Shown in pieces: positions 37,487 through 47,842 of a stretch of 64,000 bases of DNA (position 1 is its first letter; each line of letters opens with the position of its first letter). Made by a program: the position numbers and the translations under genes. The stretch is from NCBI GenBank assembly GCA_964603525.1, contig CAZRVI010000001.1, positions 749-64,748 on the forward strand, read 5' to 3'. The notes beneath the pieces are model-generated. The model was not told the origin of the DNA and made no database searches. It saw nothing but the letters and a program-made list of their open reading frames with translations. The stretch comes from Candidatus Woesearchaeota archaeon (GTDB taxonomy: Archaea; Nanobdellota; Nanobdellia; SCGC-AAA011-G17; JACPIM01).

Positions 37487-38800
37487 ATGGGGGATATAAT
37501 TAATAAAAAAGATCCAAGATTTACAGGAATTGTGCATTTATGGGACTTGCCTGAAGAAAAAGTTTGTTTGAGTTTAGATAAGGATTATGCTATTAAACTG
37601 TTAAATATTGCAAGGAATTTTGTTGATGGAAAATGGAATAAATTAGCTAAAGTTCTTGGATTGAAAATACCTAAGGATAAAAGTTCAACAGCAATTAGAC
37701 AAATGAGAAGGACAAATATCGTTGGACTTTATGTAATAAAGAAACTTTCAAAGTTTTTAGTTTCCAAAGGTTGTGAAGAATATAATTTAGAGGAGATTGA
37801 AAAGAAATTAATTTTAATAAAATCTAGGGGCGGTCCTGCTAAGCCAATTTATTATCCAAAATTTCCTATAAATTTTAACACTAAAGAAGGTGCAATAATT
37901 ATTTCTTCTATGTTTCATGATGGTGGAATTTCTGTAAGGGATTTAGAACCATTTTATTCTAATAATTCAGATATACTAAAAGAAAGATTTCATAATGCAG
38001 TAAAAAACCTTGTTGGTAATATAGATATCATAAGTAAAAAGAAATGTTATAAGGAATTAAATTATCCTAAAATTCTTGGGCTTATTTTAATAACCCTTAG
38101 TTTAATTCCCGGTAAAAGACCAATTAATAATCCAAAATTTCCTGAATTTGTTTTTAATTATTCTGAAGACTTAATCTGTGAATTTTTATCTCAGTCTATT
38201 GCAGATGATGGTTGGGTTTATTGTCCAAAGAAAAGTTTTGGCTATGTTGGTTTTAATTTTACAGTTGATTTAACAAAATTTCCTGAAGAATTTAGACAAA
38301 AGATTAGAAATGAAAAAATTATTGGGTATATACCTAATGTTTTGATTGGGAATAAAAAATTATTTGAACAATTAGGGCTTTTAGTAGAAGGAGTTTATTT
38401 TAGTAATGAAAAAAGATATTTTAAAGAGGGTAAAGAAAAGAGGTATACTCAAGAATGGCAGATGTGTATTAGAGATCCTAGATCTTTAAATTTTTTATCT
38501 AAAAAATTAGAAATTCCTTTGACTTATAAACAAGAAAAACTTGTAGAAATTGCGAATAGGGAGAGGGTAGTTAAAAGATTTCATCCTAAATTGCTCAAAA
38601 TTATTTTGGAATTTGGTGGAATTGCAACTTGTAGAGATGTTGAGAAAAAAGCAGGTAAGTCTAGGATGCTTAGATACAGACTTAATAATCTTTGTAAAGA
38701 TGGGTTTTTAAAAAGGATTAATTTTAAAGGAAAGAATAGAGCGAGATATAGTTTTCTTCTAACAGAAAAAGGCAAAAAGGAATTAGAATTATTAAATTAA
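37487..38800 (+). CDS. Free-standing LAGLIDADG-like protein with C-terminal winged helix
   Basis: Two motifs IISSMFHDGGI and FLSQSIADDGWV; C-terminal RLNNLCKDGFLKR...LLTEKGK. Confidence 0.72.
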   Translation: MGDIINKKDPRFTGIVHLWDLPEEKVCLSLDKDYAIKLLNIARNFVDGKWNKLAKVLGLKIPKDKSSTAIRQMRRTNIVGLYVIKKLSKFLVSKGCEEYNLEEIEKKLILIKSRGGPAKPIYYPKFPINFNTKEGAIIISSMFHDGGISVRDLEPFYSNNSDILKERFHNAVKNLVGNIDIISKKKCYKELNYPKILGLILITLSLIPGKRPINNPKFPEFVFNYSEDLICEFLSQSIADDGWVYCPKKSFGYVGFNFTVDLTKFPEEFRQKIRNEKIIGYIPNVLIGNKKLFEQLGLLVEGVYFSNEKRYFKEGKEKRYTQEWQMCIRDPRSLNFLSKKLEIPLTYKQEKLVEIANRERVVKRFHPKLLKIILEFGGIATCRDVEKKAGKSRMLRYRLNNLCKDGFLKRINFKGKNRARYSFLLTEKGKKELELLN

Positions 38801-38803
38801 ATT

Positions 38804-39151
38804 TCATAATATCTTTAATTGATTAGCCTGAATTTCTAGAATATTTTTGTATTTTATAATTTCTCCTATGATTTCTACTTTATCTTTATTTTTAAATTCT
38901 AAATTTTCTTCTTTGAAAATAATTGCTTTTATTGAGGAAGTGTTATCTTTTAATGTTAAAATATATAATCCTGGTGTTGTTTTTATATTTGAAATTGTTG
39001 CGATGATTTTTACTTGTTTTCCAATGGAATCTTCAGTAATATCTTTTATTTGTATTTGTTTTATTTCTATACTTTCTGATATGAATAAAATAATAAGAAT
39101 CCCAAACAAGGTGCAAGCAAAAGCTATAATAAAAAGAGTTTTTTCATTCAT
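38804..39151 (-). CDS. Membrane-anchored OB-fold protein
   Basis: N-terminal TM helix, then IGKQVKI...LTLKDNTSSIKAIIF...VEIIGEI..YKNILEI. Confidence 0.75.
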   Translation of the reverse strand: MNEKTLFIIAFACTLFGILIILFISESIEIKQIQIKDITEDSIGKQVKIIATISNIKTTPGLYILTLKDNTSSIKAIIFKEENLEFKNKDKVEIIGEIIKYKNILEIQANQLKIL

Positions 39152-39417
39152 TTTAATTTAGAAGCAATTTGTTTCCCCTGTTTTGTTAAGTAATAGATTC
39201 TACCAGTTTTTTCTTTAGGGTTTTTAATTTTAATTAATCCCAGCTTAACAAGCTCTTTTAATGCTCTTGATACAATATTGAAATAAGTATTGGAAGGTTT
39301 TTTGTATATTTTATTAACAATTTCAGAAGGCATTATTGGTTTATTTATAGCTAAGAATATTTTTAATCTATTTTTACCTCTTTTAACTTTAGCGATTAAA
39401 TTCCAATTGTCTACCAT
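39148..39417 (-). CDS. Winged-helix transcriptional regulator
   Basis: MPSEI...VSRALKELVKLGLI...GRIYYLTKQG. Confidence 0.82.
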   Translation of the reverse strand: MVDNWNLIAKVKRGKNRLKIFLAINKPIMPSEIVNKIYKKPSNTYFNIVSRALKELVKLGLIKIKNPKEKTGRIYYLTKQGKQIASKLK

Positions 39418-39597
39418 ATCATTTTATAAACGATTTATATACATAAAGAAATACTAACAATTTATTAGCAAATTATAATCAAAAAATATTTAAATTAGAT
39501 TACATGGAAATTTAATATAAATTAAGAAAATAAGGAATAAAAATATTTAAATACACTAACTTCTTATATGCATTTGGTTAAGAAATTGGGGATTATA

Positions 39598-40674
39598 ATG
39601 GGTTTATCAGATAAATTGAAATTGGTTAAGGAAGTTGGTGAGGAAATAATTACTGAAACTGAGTTAAAGAATTTATTGGAAACAAAAAAACATCTTTCTG
39701 CTTATGATGGTTTTGAACCCTCTTTTGGTAAAGCACCAATACATTTTGCTATTTATAGAGCGATTAATATTAAGAAGTTGATGAAAGCTGGTATTAGGTT
39801 TAAATTATTATTGGCAGATTATTTTGCGTTTTTGAATAATAAATTAGGTGGTGATTTAAAGAAAATACAAAAAGTTGGGGAATATTTTTTAGAAGTTTGG
39901 AAAGCTGCAGGGGTTAAAACTAGGAAAGTAAAAGTTTATTGGACAAGCGATATTGTTAAGAGTAGAGCATATTGGGATATTGTTTTGAGGATTGCAAGAT
40001 TGATGAGTATTAAAAGAGCATTAAGAGCTACAACAATTATGGGGAGAATTAAAGGAGAGTTACAAAGCGCTGCGCAAGTGTTTTATCCTGCTATGCAAGT
40101 TGCAGATATTTTTCATTTGGGTGTAGATATATGTCAGTTAGGTATGGATCAAAGAAAAGCTAATGTTCTTGCAAGAGAGTTAGCACCTAAATTAGGTTTT
40201 AAAAAACCTGTTTTAGTGCACCATCATATTTTAATTGGTTTAAGGGGCTTACAAAAGAAAAAAAGTATTGAAGCACGTATGATAGCTAGCAAAATGAGTA
40301 AAACAGATCCTAGTTCATGTATTTATGTGCATGACTCTTTTGAAGAAATAAAAAAGAAGTTAGATAAAGCTTATTGTCCAATTAAAAGAACAGAAGGAAA
40401 CCCTTTGATAGAGTATTGTAAATATTTGATTTTTTCACAATTTGATAAAATGAGAATTGAAAGGAGTGATAAATTTGGTGGAAATATAATTGTTGGAAGT
40501 TTTAATGAATTAGTTAGCATGTATGAAAAAGGAAAATTGCATCCTAATGATTTGAAGTTTAATGTTGCTTTATATTTGGATGATATGGTGAGGCCTATTA
40601 GAAGATATTTTGAGAGAAAGAGAAAAGCAAAAAAATTATACGAAACAGTTAGTAAATATGTGTCCACAAGATGA
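39598..40674 (+). CDS. tyrS: Tyrosyl-tRNA synthetase
   Basis: AYDGFEPS, YPAMQVADI, GMDQRK, KMSK, LHPNDLK. Confidence 0.94.
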   Translation: MGLSDKLKLVKEVGEEIITETELKNLLETKKHLSAYDGFEPSFGKAPIHFAIYRAINIKKLMKAGIRFKLLLADYFAFLNNKLGGDLKKIQKVGEYFLEVWKAAGVKTRKVKVYWTSDIVKSRAYWDIVLRIARLMSIKRALRATTIMGRIKGELQSAAQVFYPAMQVADIFHLGVDICQLGMDQRKANVLARELAPKLGFKKPVLVHHHILIGLRGLQKKKSIEARMIASKMSKTDPSSCIYVHDSFEEIKKKLDKAYCPIKRTEGNPLIEYCKYLIFSQFDKMRIERSDKFGGNIIVGSFNELVSMYEKGKLHPNDLKFNVALYLDDMVRPIRRYFERKRKAKKLYETVSKYVSTR

Positions 40675-41015
40675 GAAAATTATTTTTGGTTTTATTATTA
40701 GTATTTCTTTTTGGATGTGTTCATAAGAACCTCATTTGGGTTGAGAAAGAGCCTGTACAATGTTTAGGTAATGAATGGGAGCAAGATTATTTGGAGAGAA
40801 ATAATATAAAGTTTGAGAATTATCCTATATGGAAGGAAGAGGAAATAATAAAAGAATTTTATTATAGAAGAGGTATAAGGATTTATAAAATTAAAAAGGA
40901 GAAACTGAAAGAAGAGATATTTTGTCAAGCTTGTTCTTGTCCTAGAGGAGATAAGATCAAAGTTTTGATTAATGAGGAAGAGCTGGGCGAGATGAAAGAA
41001 TTTGGATGGAAATGA
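40671..41015 (+). CDS. Hypothetical lipoprotein
   Basis: Lipobox-like LFGC after a signal peptide; QC..NEW and CQACSCPRG. Confidence 0.65.
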   Translation: MRKLFLVLLLVFLFGCVHKNLIWVEKEPVQCLGNEWEQDYLERNNIKFENYPIWKEEEIIKEFYYRRGIRIYKIKKEKLKEEIFCQACSCPRGDKIKVLINEEELGEMKEFGWK

Positions 41016-41737
41016 GAATAGTTAAAGTTCCTTTTTCTGAAGGTAGTTTGGGAAGAAATATTGGTTGTGAAAAAGCTCCCCATGAAATTTGTAAATATTT
41101 AAAATGTTTTGGTATTAGTAGTGTTAAAGTTGTTAAAGGAAATTTAGATGAGACAGGCAAGAATATTGAGAAAGCAAAAGGGGATGTTTTTATTGGAGGG
41201 GATCATTCTTTGACTTATTTTAGTTTTAAAAGCTTTGCGAAAAGAAAGAAAAATCCTGGTTTGCTTATTTTAGATGCACATTTGGATTGTGATTATTATA
41301 CTGGGAGTGTAACTCATGAGGATTTTGTTAGGAAATTGGTTGATGATGGGATTTTAAAAAAGAAAAATATTGTGTGGGTTGGTGTAAGAAGAGTTTTTAA
41401 AGTTGAAAGAGAATTTTGTAAGGGTTTAAATGTTTTTAAAATTAATTCTATAAAAAGAAATTTAAGAAATGTTTGTAGAAATGTTTTGGATTTGTGTAGG
41501 GATTTTAGTGATGTTTATTTGAGTATTGATATAGATGTTTTGGATCCTAAATTTGCTCCTGGTACATATTATAAAGAAAGAAATGGGATGAGTGATAAAG
41601 AATTGTTCTTCTTTTTAAAAAGATTAAGGTTTTTAAGGAATCTTAGGAGAGTAGATTTAGTTGAAGTTAATCCTGATTTAGATGAGGATGAAAAGACAAT
41701 TAAACTCGGAGTTAAAATAATTAATAGATTAAAATGA
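41012..41737 (+). CDS. Arginase/agmatinase (ureohydrolase) family protein
   Basis: GGDHS, DAHLD, SIDIDVLDP..APGT, DLVEVNP. Confidence 0.9.
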   Translation: MRIVKVPFSEGSLGRNIGCEKAPHEICKYLKCFGISSVKVVKGNLDETGKNIEKAKGDVFIGGDHSLTYFSFKSFAKRKKNPGLLILDAHLDCDYYTGSVTHEDFVRKLVDDGILKKKNIVWVGVRRVFKVEREFCKGLNVFKINSIKRNLRNVCRNVLDLCRDFSDVYLSIDIDVLDPKFAPGTYYKERNGMSDKELFFFLKRLRFLRNLRRVDLVEVNPDLDEDEKTIKLGVKIINRLK

Positions 41738-42261
41738 GGGCCTTTATATCTATAGAGCTACCGAAAGAGGTTAGAGATGAGCTATGGGAATTACAAAAAG
41801 GGTTTAAAAATTTAGCTAAAGTTAAGTGGGTTGCAAAGAAAAACTATCATGTTTGCCTGAAGTTTCTTGGGGATATTGATGATAGTAAAGTTAAAGAAGT
41901 AAAGGGGGCTTTAAAGAAAGTTAAATTTACACCTTTTGAAGTTAATTTAGGAGAAATTGGAGTTTTTCCTAATGAAAGCCATATAAATGTTATTTGGGTT
42001 GGTTTAGAACCATCTTCTAAGATAATAAATTTACAAAGTGATATTGAAGATTCTTTATATGGGTTATTTGCGAGAGCTAAAAAATTTGCTGTGCATGTAA
42101 CTGTTGGAAGAGTTAAGGGTGTTAAAGATAAGAAAAAATTTATTGAAAAATTAAAAAGTTTACAGGTAAAAAAATTAAAATTTAAAATAGAAAATTTCTA
42201 TTTAGTTAAAAGCGAGTTAACTAAAGAAGGTCCAAAGTATAAAATTTTAGAAAAGTTTTAA
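41734..42261 (+). CDS. thpR: RNA 2',3'-cyclic phosphodiesterase (2H family)
   Basis: MRAFISIE, HVCLKFLG, HVTVGR, SELTKEGPKY. Confidence 0.9.
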   Translation: MRAFISIELPKEVRDELWELQKGFKNLAKVKWVAKKNYHVCLKFLGDIDDSKVKEVKGALKKVKFTPFEVNLGEIGVFPNESHINVIWVGLEPSSKIINLQSDIEDSLYGLFARAKKFAVHVTVGRVKGVKDKKKFIEKLKSLQVKKLKFKIENFYLVKSELTKEGPKYKILEKF

Positions 42262-42288
42262 TATTTGTTTTTTTCTTTAGGATTTCTT

Positions 42289-42795
42289 ATGAATGGTGAA
42301 ATGGTTATTGTTGTAGATGAGAAGGACAAATTTATCAGAGAAGAAGATAAATTGAAATGTCATTTGGGTGAAGGTGTTTTGCACAGAGCTTTTATTGTTA
42401 TGGTTTTTAGTGGAGATAAGATTTTGTTGACTAAAAGAAGTAATAAGAAGTTTTTATGGCCTTGTTATTGGGATGGAAGCGTGGCAAGCCATGTCAGGAA
42501 TGGAGAAAGTTATGAAGAGGCTGCTAAGAGAAGATTGAAAGAGGAAATTGGTATTGATTCTAAACCCTGGTTTTTATCTAAGTTTAAATATAAATCTAAG
42601 TATAAGGATGTTGGTGTGGAATATGAAATTTGCGCTGTTTTAAAAGCGGATTTAAATAGTAAATTAAGAATTAATTATGATGAGATTTCTGAATATAAGT
42701 TTGTTAATATTAAAAAAGTTATAAGAGATGTTAAATTAAATCCTGAGATTTATTGTCCTTGGTTTGTTAGTGCTTTAAAAAAATTTAATATTTAG
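42289..42795 (+). CDS. idi: Isopentenyl-diphosphate isomerase type 1 (Nudix fold)
   Basis: CH...G.LHRAF, KRS..K..WP..W, ASH, RRLKEEIG, EYEIC, PWF. Confidence 0.8.
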   Translation: MNGEMVIVVDEKDKFIREEDKLKCHLGEGVLHRAFIVMVFSGDKILLTKRSNKKFLWPCYWDGSVASHVRNGESYEEAAKRRLKEEIGIDSKPWFLSKFKYKSKYKDVGVEYEICAVLKADLNSKLRINYDEISEYKFVNIKKVIRDVKLNPEIYCPWFVSALKKFNI

Positions 42796-43450
42796 TTTCT
42801 ATAACATTTTTTATTAATTTGGCTTTTTTAGGTCCTATCTTTTTGATTTTTTGCAATTTTTCTTCTGACGCATTGATTATGCTTTTTACTGATTTAAACT
42901 TTTTTAATAACGATCTTGCTAGTATAGCACCTATTCCCGGTAAAGATTCTATAATGTATTCCTGCTGTTCTTTTAATGTTGGAGGTTTTCTTTTTTTGAG
43001 TAAAGAGATTGTAGAGGTTTGTTTTTTCAATCTTTTTGCTATGATTTTTATTAAAGAGGCTGTATCTCTATAGTTTTTTGTTTGTAAAATTGGGATTTGA
43101 AAATCAATGGCTATTGATGCAAGCATTCCACGAATAGCATTTGGATGAAAATTTCTTATCATGTATATATTTTCATGACCCTCTATTATTAAAAGTGGAA
43201 CTTGAAAATTTTCTTTTAACCTTAGTAATTGTTGAATTATTCTTTTGTCTATTATTGAGTTTAGAAAATCGTTGAGAACTTTTCTTTCAATTCCTACCTG
43301 AATTTCTTTTCCATCTGTATTTTTTGTTTGGATTATGTAATCCGCAGTAATTAGTTGTTTTACTTTAGTGTCTAGATCTTTTGCAAGTTCTACTATGAGT
43401 TCTTTTGGTTCTCTGTTGTCAATTATTACTTTAGGCATTTTAGAACTCAT
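42785..43450 (-). CDS. ERCC4/XPF nuclease with HhH (Hef C-terminal half)
   Basis: IIDNRE, ADYII, GIERK...DF..SIID.R, LPGIG, IGPKKA. Confidence 0.9.
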   Translation of the reverse strand: MSSKMPKVIIDNREPKELIVELAKDLDTKVKQLITADYIIQTKNTDGKEIQVGIERKVLNDFLNSIIDKRIIQQLLRLKENFQVPLLIIEGHENIYMIRNFHPNAIRGMLASIAIDFQIPILQTKNYRDTASLIKIIAKRLKKQTSTISLLKKRKPPTLKEQQEYIIESLPGIGAILARSLLKKFKSVKSIINASEEKLQKIKKIGPKKAKLIKNVIETKY

Positions 43451-44930
43451 TTATATTTTTATGTTTCATGTAATTTAGTAAATATTTCATTCTTTTTTCT
43501 TTTCTATGTGATGCCCAATAGTATGCTTCATCCCTTGTTCCTCTTGTTATCAAGAATATTATTTTTCCTGGTTTAGTTCTTGCGGTTCTTCCAGCTCTCT
43601 GCACTTTTCTTAATTCGCTAGCGATTGGTTCAAAAAAAATAACTGCGGTTGTTTCAATTATATCAATTCCTTCTTCAGCTACTTGTGAAGCAACAAGTAT
43701 GTTAAAATTACCTTCTTTGAATTTATTTAATAATTCTATTTGTTCCTTTTGTTTTAGTCCTTTTTCGGATTTGTTTGCTTGCCCAACAAATCTTTCAGCC
43801 TTTATTCCAAGTTCTTTTAATTTGTTAACTATTTCTGTAATTGTGTTTCTGTAGTTAGCAAAAACAATAATTCTTGCTTTTGGATATGTGTTTAGTTCTT
43901 TTTTAATTATTTCAATTAATTTTTCTAGTTTTGGATGTGGTTCATCAATATCATTTATTAGGTTTTTTATTTCTATTATCTTTGGGTTTTTGAGTATTAT
44001 TTTGGATGCTTTTGAACTTTCTTTTCCTAATTTTTCTATGAATCTTTTAAAAGAATTTACTCCCTGAGTTTCTAATAATTCTGTGGCGTAATTTAATTTT
44101 AATAATTGAGCTATTAAAGAGATTCCTGAAAAGGCTAATTTGTTTTTTTCCTTTATCTTGTTTTGGAACTGTTTTTGAAATAGTAATAAATCCTTTTTTG
44201 TTATTAATTTTATAGGTTTTATGATCCCATAATTCGATAAAGACTTTAGTTTTTCTTTATAAACTTGGTTTATTAGTTTTAGAATTATTTTATATTCAGC
44301 AGGTAGTTCTAGTTTTATCCATTCAATTTCTTTTTTTTGAATATATTTTTTAACATCTTTATCTGATTCTGTTCTTACTTCTATTGCGTCTATAAATAGA
44401 TTTTCTTTTATTTCATTTATTTTTTCTTTAGTTGAACCAGGAGATGCTGTTAATGCTAAAATTCTAGGGAATTTTGAAGTTGTTATATATTTCTTAGCTA
44501 AAATGGTATTTGCATATTTTTGTCTTGATCTATGGGCTTCGTCTAGAATTAATAGTGAGACATTTTTGAAATTAAACCTGTTGCTCTCTAAATCCGATTT
44601 TATTGTTTGTGGCGTAGCGATTATTATTGATGATTTGTTATAAATATCTGGTCTTTTATTTTGATGAATTTGTCCTGTTAGTAATGAGATTATTTTGTTT
44701 GTTTGAGTGTATTTTTGGAATGTTTTAAGATGTTGATTGCATAAAGGTTTTGTTGGAGAACATAAAATTACCTTTGATTTGGGATATTCTTTTAATCGGT
44801 GCATGGTAAGTAGCAATGCGATTACAGTTTTTCCTGTTCCAGTTGGTAGAACTACTAAAGTATTCTTTTCTTTAGTTGTTTTGAATATGGTTTTTTGATA
44901 GTCTCTGGGTTCAAGATTAGTTAATTCCAT
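43440..44930 (-). CDS. hef: SF2 helicase (Hef/FANCM N-terminal half)
   Basis: PTGTGKT, PTKPL, DEAHR, TASPG, EEGID, QRAGRTAR. Confidence 0.9.
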   Translation of the reverse strand: MELTNLEPRDYQKTIFKTTKEKNTLVVLPTGTGKTVIALLLTMHRLKEYPKSKVILCSPTKPLCNQHLKTFQKYTQTNKIISLLTGQIHQNKRPDIYNKSSIIIATPQTIKSDLESNRFNFKNVSLLILDEAHRSRQKYANTILAKKYITTSKFPRILALTASPGSTKEKINEIKENLFIDAIEVRTESDKDVKKYIQKKEIEWIKLELPAEYKIILKLINQVYKEKLKSLSNYGIIKPIKLITKKDLLLFQKQFQNKIKEKNKLAFSGISLIAQLLKLNYATELLETQGVNSFKRFIEKLGKESSKASKIILKNPKIIEIKNLINDIDEPHPKLEKLIEIIKKELNTYPKARIIVFANYRNTITEIVNKLKELGIKAERFVGQANKSEKGLKQKEQIELLNKFKEGNFNILVASQVAEEGIDIIETTAVIFFEPIASELRKVQRAGRTARTKPGKIIFLITRGTRDEAYYWASHRKEKRMKYLLNYMKHKNINEF

Positions 44931-44984
44931 GATTTGGTTTTAAAATGATAAAGTATATAAATATTGTTTTTGTTTTTTTAATTT

Positions 44985-47807
44985 ATGTTTGATTTAATTA
45001 ATCTTGAAAAGGATGTATTGAAATTTTGGGAAAAAAATAAAATTTATTCTACTTTAAAAAAGAAAAGGAAAAAAAATAAGGGTTTTTATTTTTTAGATGG
45101 TCCTCCTTATACTTCTGGAGAGGTTCATATTGGTACTGCTTGGAATAAGGTATTAAAAGATTGTATTCTGAGATATAAAAGGATGCAGGGATTTGATGTT
45201 TGGGATAGGGCAGGTTATGACATGCATGGGTTACCTACTGCTCATGCAGTTGAGAAGAAACTAGATTTAAAACACAAAGAAGATATACCTAAATTTGGAG
45301 TTTCTAAATTTATAGAAGAGTGTAAGAAATTTTCTTTAAAGAATTTAAAAAAGATGAATGAAGATTTTATGAGATTGGGGGTTTGGATGGATTTTAAGAA
45401 TGCGTACCAAACAATTAATCCAGAATTTATTGAAGGAGAATGGTGGTTAGTGAAACAAGCTGAAAAGAAAAAAAGATTGTATGAGGGAGAAAAAGTCATG
45501 CATTGGTGTCCTAATTGTGCAACTGCTTTAGCAAAACATGAATTGGAGTATAGAAATAAACAAGATGATTCTGGTTTTTTTAAATTTAGAGTTAAAAATA
45601 ATGAGAACGAGTTTTTGGTTATCTGGACTACAACTTTTTGGACATTAGATTTTAATGTTGCTGTAATGGTTAATCCTGATTTGGATTATGTTAGAGCAAA
45701 AGTTGGAAATGAAGTTTGGATTGTTGCAAAAGATCTGGTTTCTGATTTAGAGGAAATTACGAATAAGAGATTTAAAATAATTGAAGAGTTTAAAGGCAAA
45801 AATTTAGATGGATTAAAATATGAACATCCCTTTTATAATGAGTTAAGAGAACATTTTGATAGGTTAAGAAAGGAGTCGAATAGGGTTCACACAATTTTGC
45901 TGTCTAAGGAATATGTTGATACAAGTTCTGGTTCGGGATTGGTACATTGTGCAGTTGGTTGTGGCGTAGAAGATTATGAAGTTGGGCATAAATACGGGAT
46001 TTTACCTTTTAATGAGGTGGATGAATTTGGTTATTACAGGAGTAATATGGGAAAATTTTCTGGTTGGCATGTTTTTGTTGATATTGATAAATTTGTAGAA
46101 GCTTATAAAGATAAAGGTTCTTTAATTTATGTAACCCCTATAGAACACGAGTATCCTCACTGTTGGAGATGTCATGAGCCAGTTATTTTTAGAACAACAA
46201 AACAATGGTTCTTTAAAGTTGAAGATTTAATTCCTAAAATGAGGAAATTGAATAAGAAAATTAGATGGCAGCCAAGTTGGGCTGGTGAAAGGTGGTTTGA
46301 TTCTTGGTTAGAAAATTTAAGAGATAATGGTATTACAAGACAAAGGTATTGGGGTGCACCCTTGCCGATATGGAAGTGTGATAAGTGCGAAGATTATATC
46401 GTTATTGGCTCTAGAGATGAATTAAAAAAGTTATCAGGGAAGTTTCCTAGGGATTTACATAGGCCTTATATTGATAGAATTACAATTAAATGTAAGTGTG
46501 GGGGGGTTAAGAAAAGAATTCCTGATATTTTGGATGTTTGGATTGATGCAGGAACTACAAGCTGGACTTGTTTGGATTTTCCTCAAAAGAAAGATTTATT
46601 TAAAAAATTATGGCCTGCTGATTTTATATTGGAAGGTAAGGATCAAATAAGAGGGTGGTTTAATTTATTGTTGGTTTCTTCTATGTTGGCTTTTGGAAAA
46701 CATCCATATAAATCTTGTTATATGCATGGATTTATTCAAGATGCAAAGGGTAGAAAGATGAGTAAAAGTTTAAAGAATTATATTTCGCCTTATGAAGTTA
46801 TAAATAAATATGGTGCAGATACATTTAGATATTATAGTATTGGTGGTGCAAATCCTGGATTAGATTTAAATTATAATTTTGAGGATATGAAAGTTAAATT
46901 TAGGAATTTAAATATTTTATATAATCTTTCTAATTTATTGTTGAATTATTGTGATAAGAAACAAAGTAAGGTTGATTTGGATTTAGAGGAAAAATATATT
47001 TTTTCTAAACTGCATTCTTGTATAGAAAAAGCAACAAAAGCTTTTGAGGACTATAGAATTAATGAAGTTCCATGGATTATTGAAGAAGTGTTTTTAGAAT
47101 TAAGCAGAACATATGTCCAATTGACAAGAGATAAGATTAATAATAATCCAAAGCCAGTTTTATATACAATTTATAATGTTTTATTTGAAATTTTAAAATT
47201 ATTTGCACCAATATGTCCTTTTATTACAGAAGAGATTTACCAAAAATTGAAAAAAAGATTTAAGTTAAAGGAGGAAAGTATACATTTTTATAAATGGCCA
47301 AGATTTGATAGGAAATTGGTTAATAAAAAATTAGAAGAAAGTTTTGATTTGATGAAGGATATTATTCAAGAGGCTTTGGCACAAAGAGAAGAAGCAAAGT
47401 TAGGAATAAGATGGCCTTTGCCTAAATTGACAATCTTTGTAAAAGAAACTGGATTAAATAAATTAAAAAAACTTATTAAGCAAGCAATAAATGTTAAAAA
47501 AGTTGAAATTAAAAAAGGCAAGTTTAAAGTTAGATTGGATACTAACTTAACAGAAAAACTTGAAGGAGAAGGTTATGCTAGAGAATTAATGAGAAAGATC
47601 CAAAGTTTAAGGAAAAAAGCTAATTTACAAAGAAAAGACAAAATAAAATTAAGTATTTACTCTGAATATGATTTAAGCATGTTTAGTAATGAAATTAAAA
47701 ATAAAGTTGGTGCTGAAAAAATATCTTTTAAAAAAGGAAATTATAAGATTAAAAGTATTGAGAAAATTAAGGAGAAGAATTTTGAAATAAGCTTCCAAAA
47801 AGTTTAA
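44985..47807 (+). CDS. ileS: Isoleucyl-tRNA synthetase
   Basis: DGPPY, HIG, WTTT.WTL, RQRYWG, EGKDQIRGWF, KMSKS. Confidence 0.96.
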   Translation: MFDLINLEKDVLKFWEKNKIYSTLKKKRKKNKGFYFLDGPPYTSGEVHIGTAWNKVLKDCILRYKRMQGFDVWDRAGYDMHGLPTAHAVEKKLDLKHKEDIPKFGVSKFIEECKKFSLKNLKKMNEDFMRLGVWMDFKNAYQTINPEFIEGEWWLVKQAEKKKRLYEGEKVMHWCPNCATALAKHELEYRNKQDDSGFFKFRVKNNENEFLVIWTTTFWTLDFNVAVMVNPDLDYVRAKVGNEVWIVAKDLVSDLEEITNKRFKIIEEFKGKNLDGLKYEHPFYNELREHFDRLRKESNRVHTILLSKEYVDTSSGSGLVHCAVGCGVEDYEVGHKYGILPFNEVDEFGYYRSNMGKFSGWHVFVDIDKFVEAYKDKGSLIYVTPIEHEYPHCWRCHEPVIFRTTKQWFFKVEDLIPKMRKLNKKIRWQPSWAGERWFDSWLENLRDNGITRQRYWGAPLPIWKCDKCEDYIVIGSRDELKKLSGKFPRDLHRPYIDRITIKCKCGGVKKRIPDILDVWIDAGTTSWTCLDFPQKKDLFKKLWPADFILEGKDQIRGWFNLLLVSSMLAFGKHPYKSCYMHGFIQDAKGRKMSKSLKNYISPYEVINKYGADTFRYYSIGGANPGLDLNYNFEDMKVKFRNLNILYNLSNLLLNYCDKKQSKVDLDLEEKYIFSKLHSCIEKATKAFEDYRINEVPWIIEEVFLELSRTYVQLTRDKINNNPKPVLYTIYNVLFEILKLFAPICPFITEEIYQKLKKRFKLKEESIHFYKWPRFDRKLVNKKLEESFDLMKDIIQEALAQREEAKLGIRWPLPKLTIFVKETGLNKLKKLIKQAINVKKVEIKKGKFKVRLDTNLTEKLEGEGYARELMRKIQSLRKKANLQRKDKIKLSIYSEYDLSMFSNEIKNKVGAEKISFKKGNYKIKSIEKIKEKNFEISFQKV

Positions 47808-47842
47808 ATAATTATAAATTAATTTAATTTAAAGAGGTGAAC

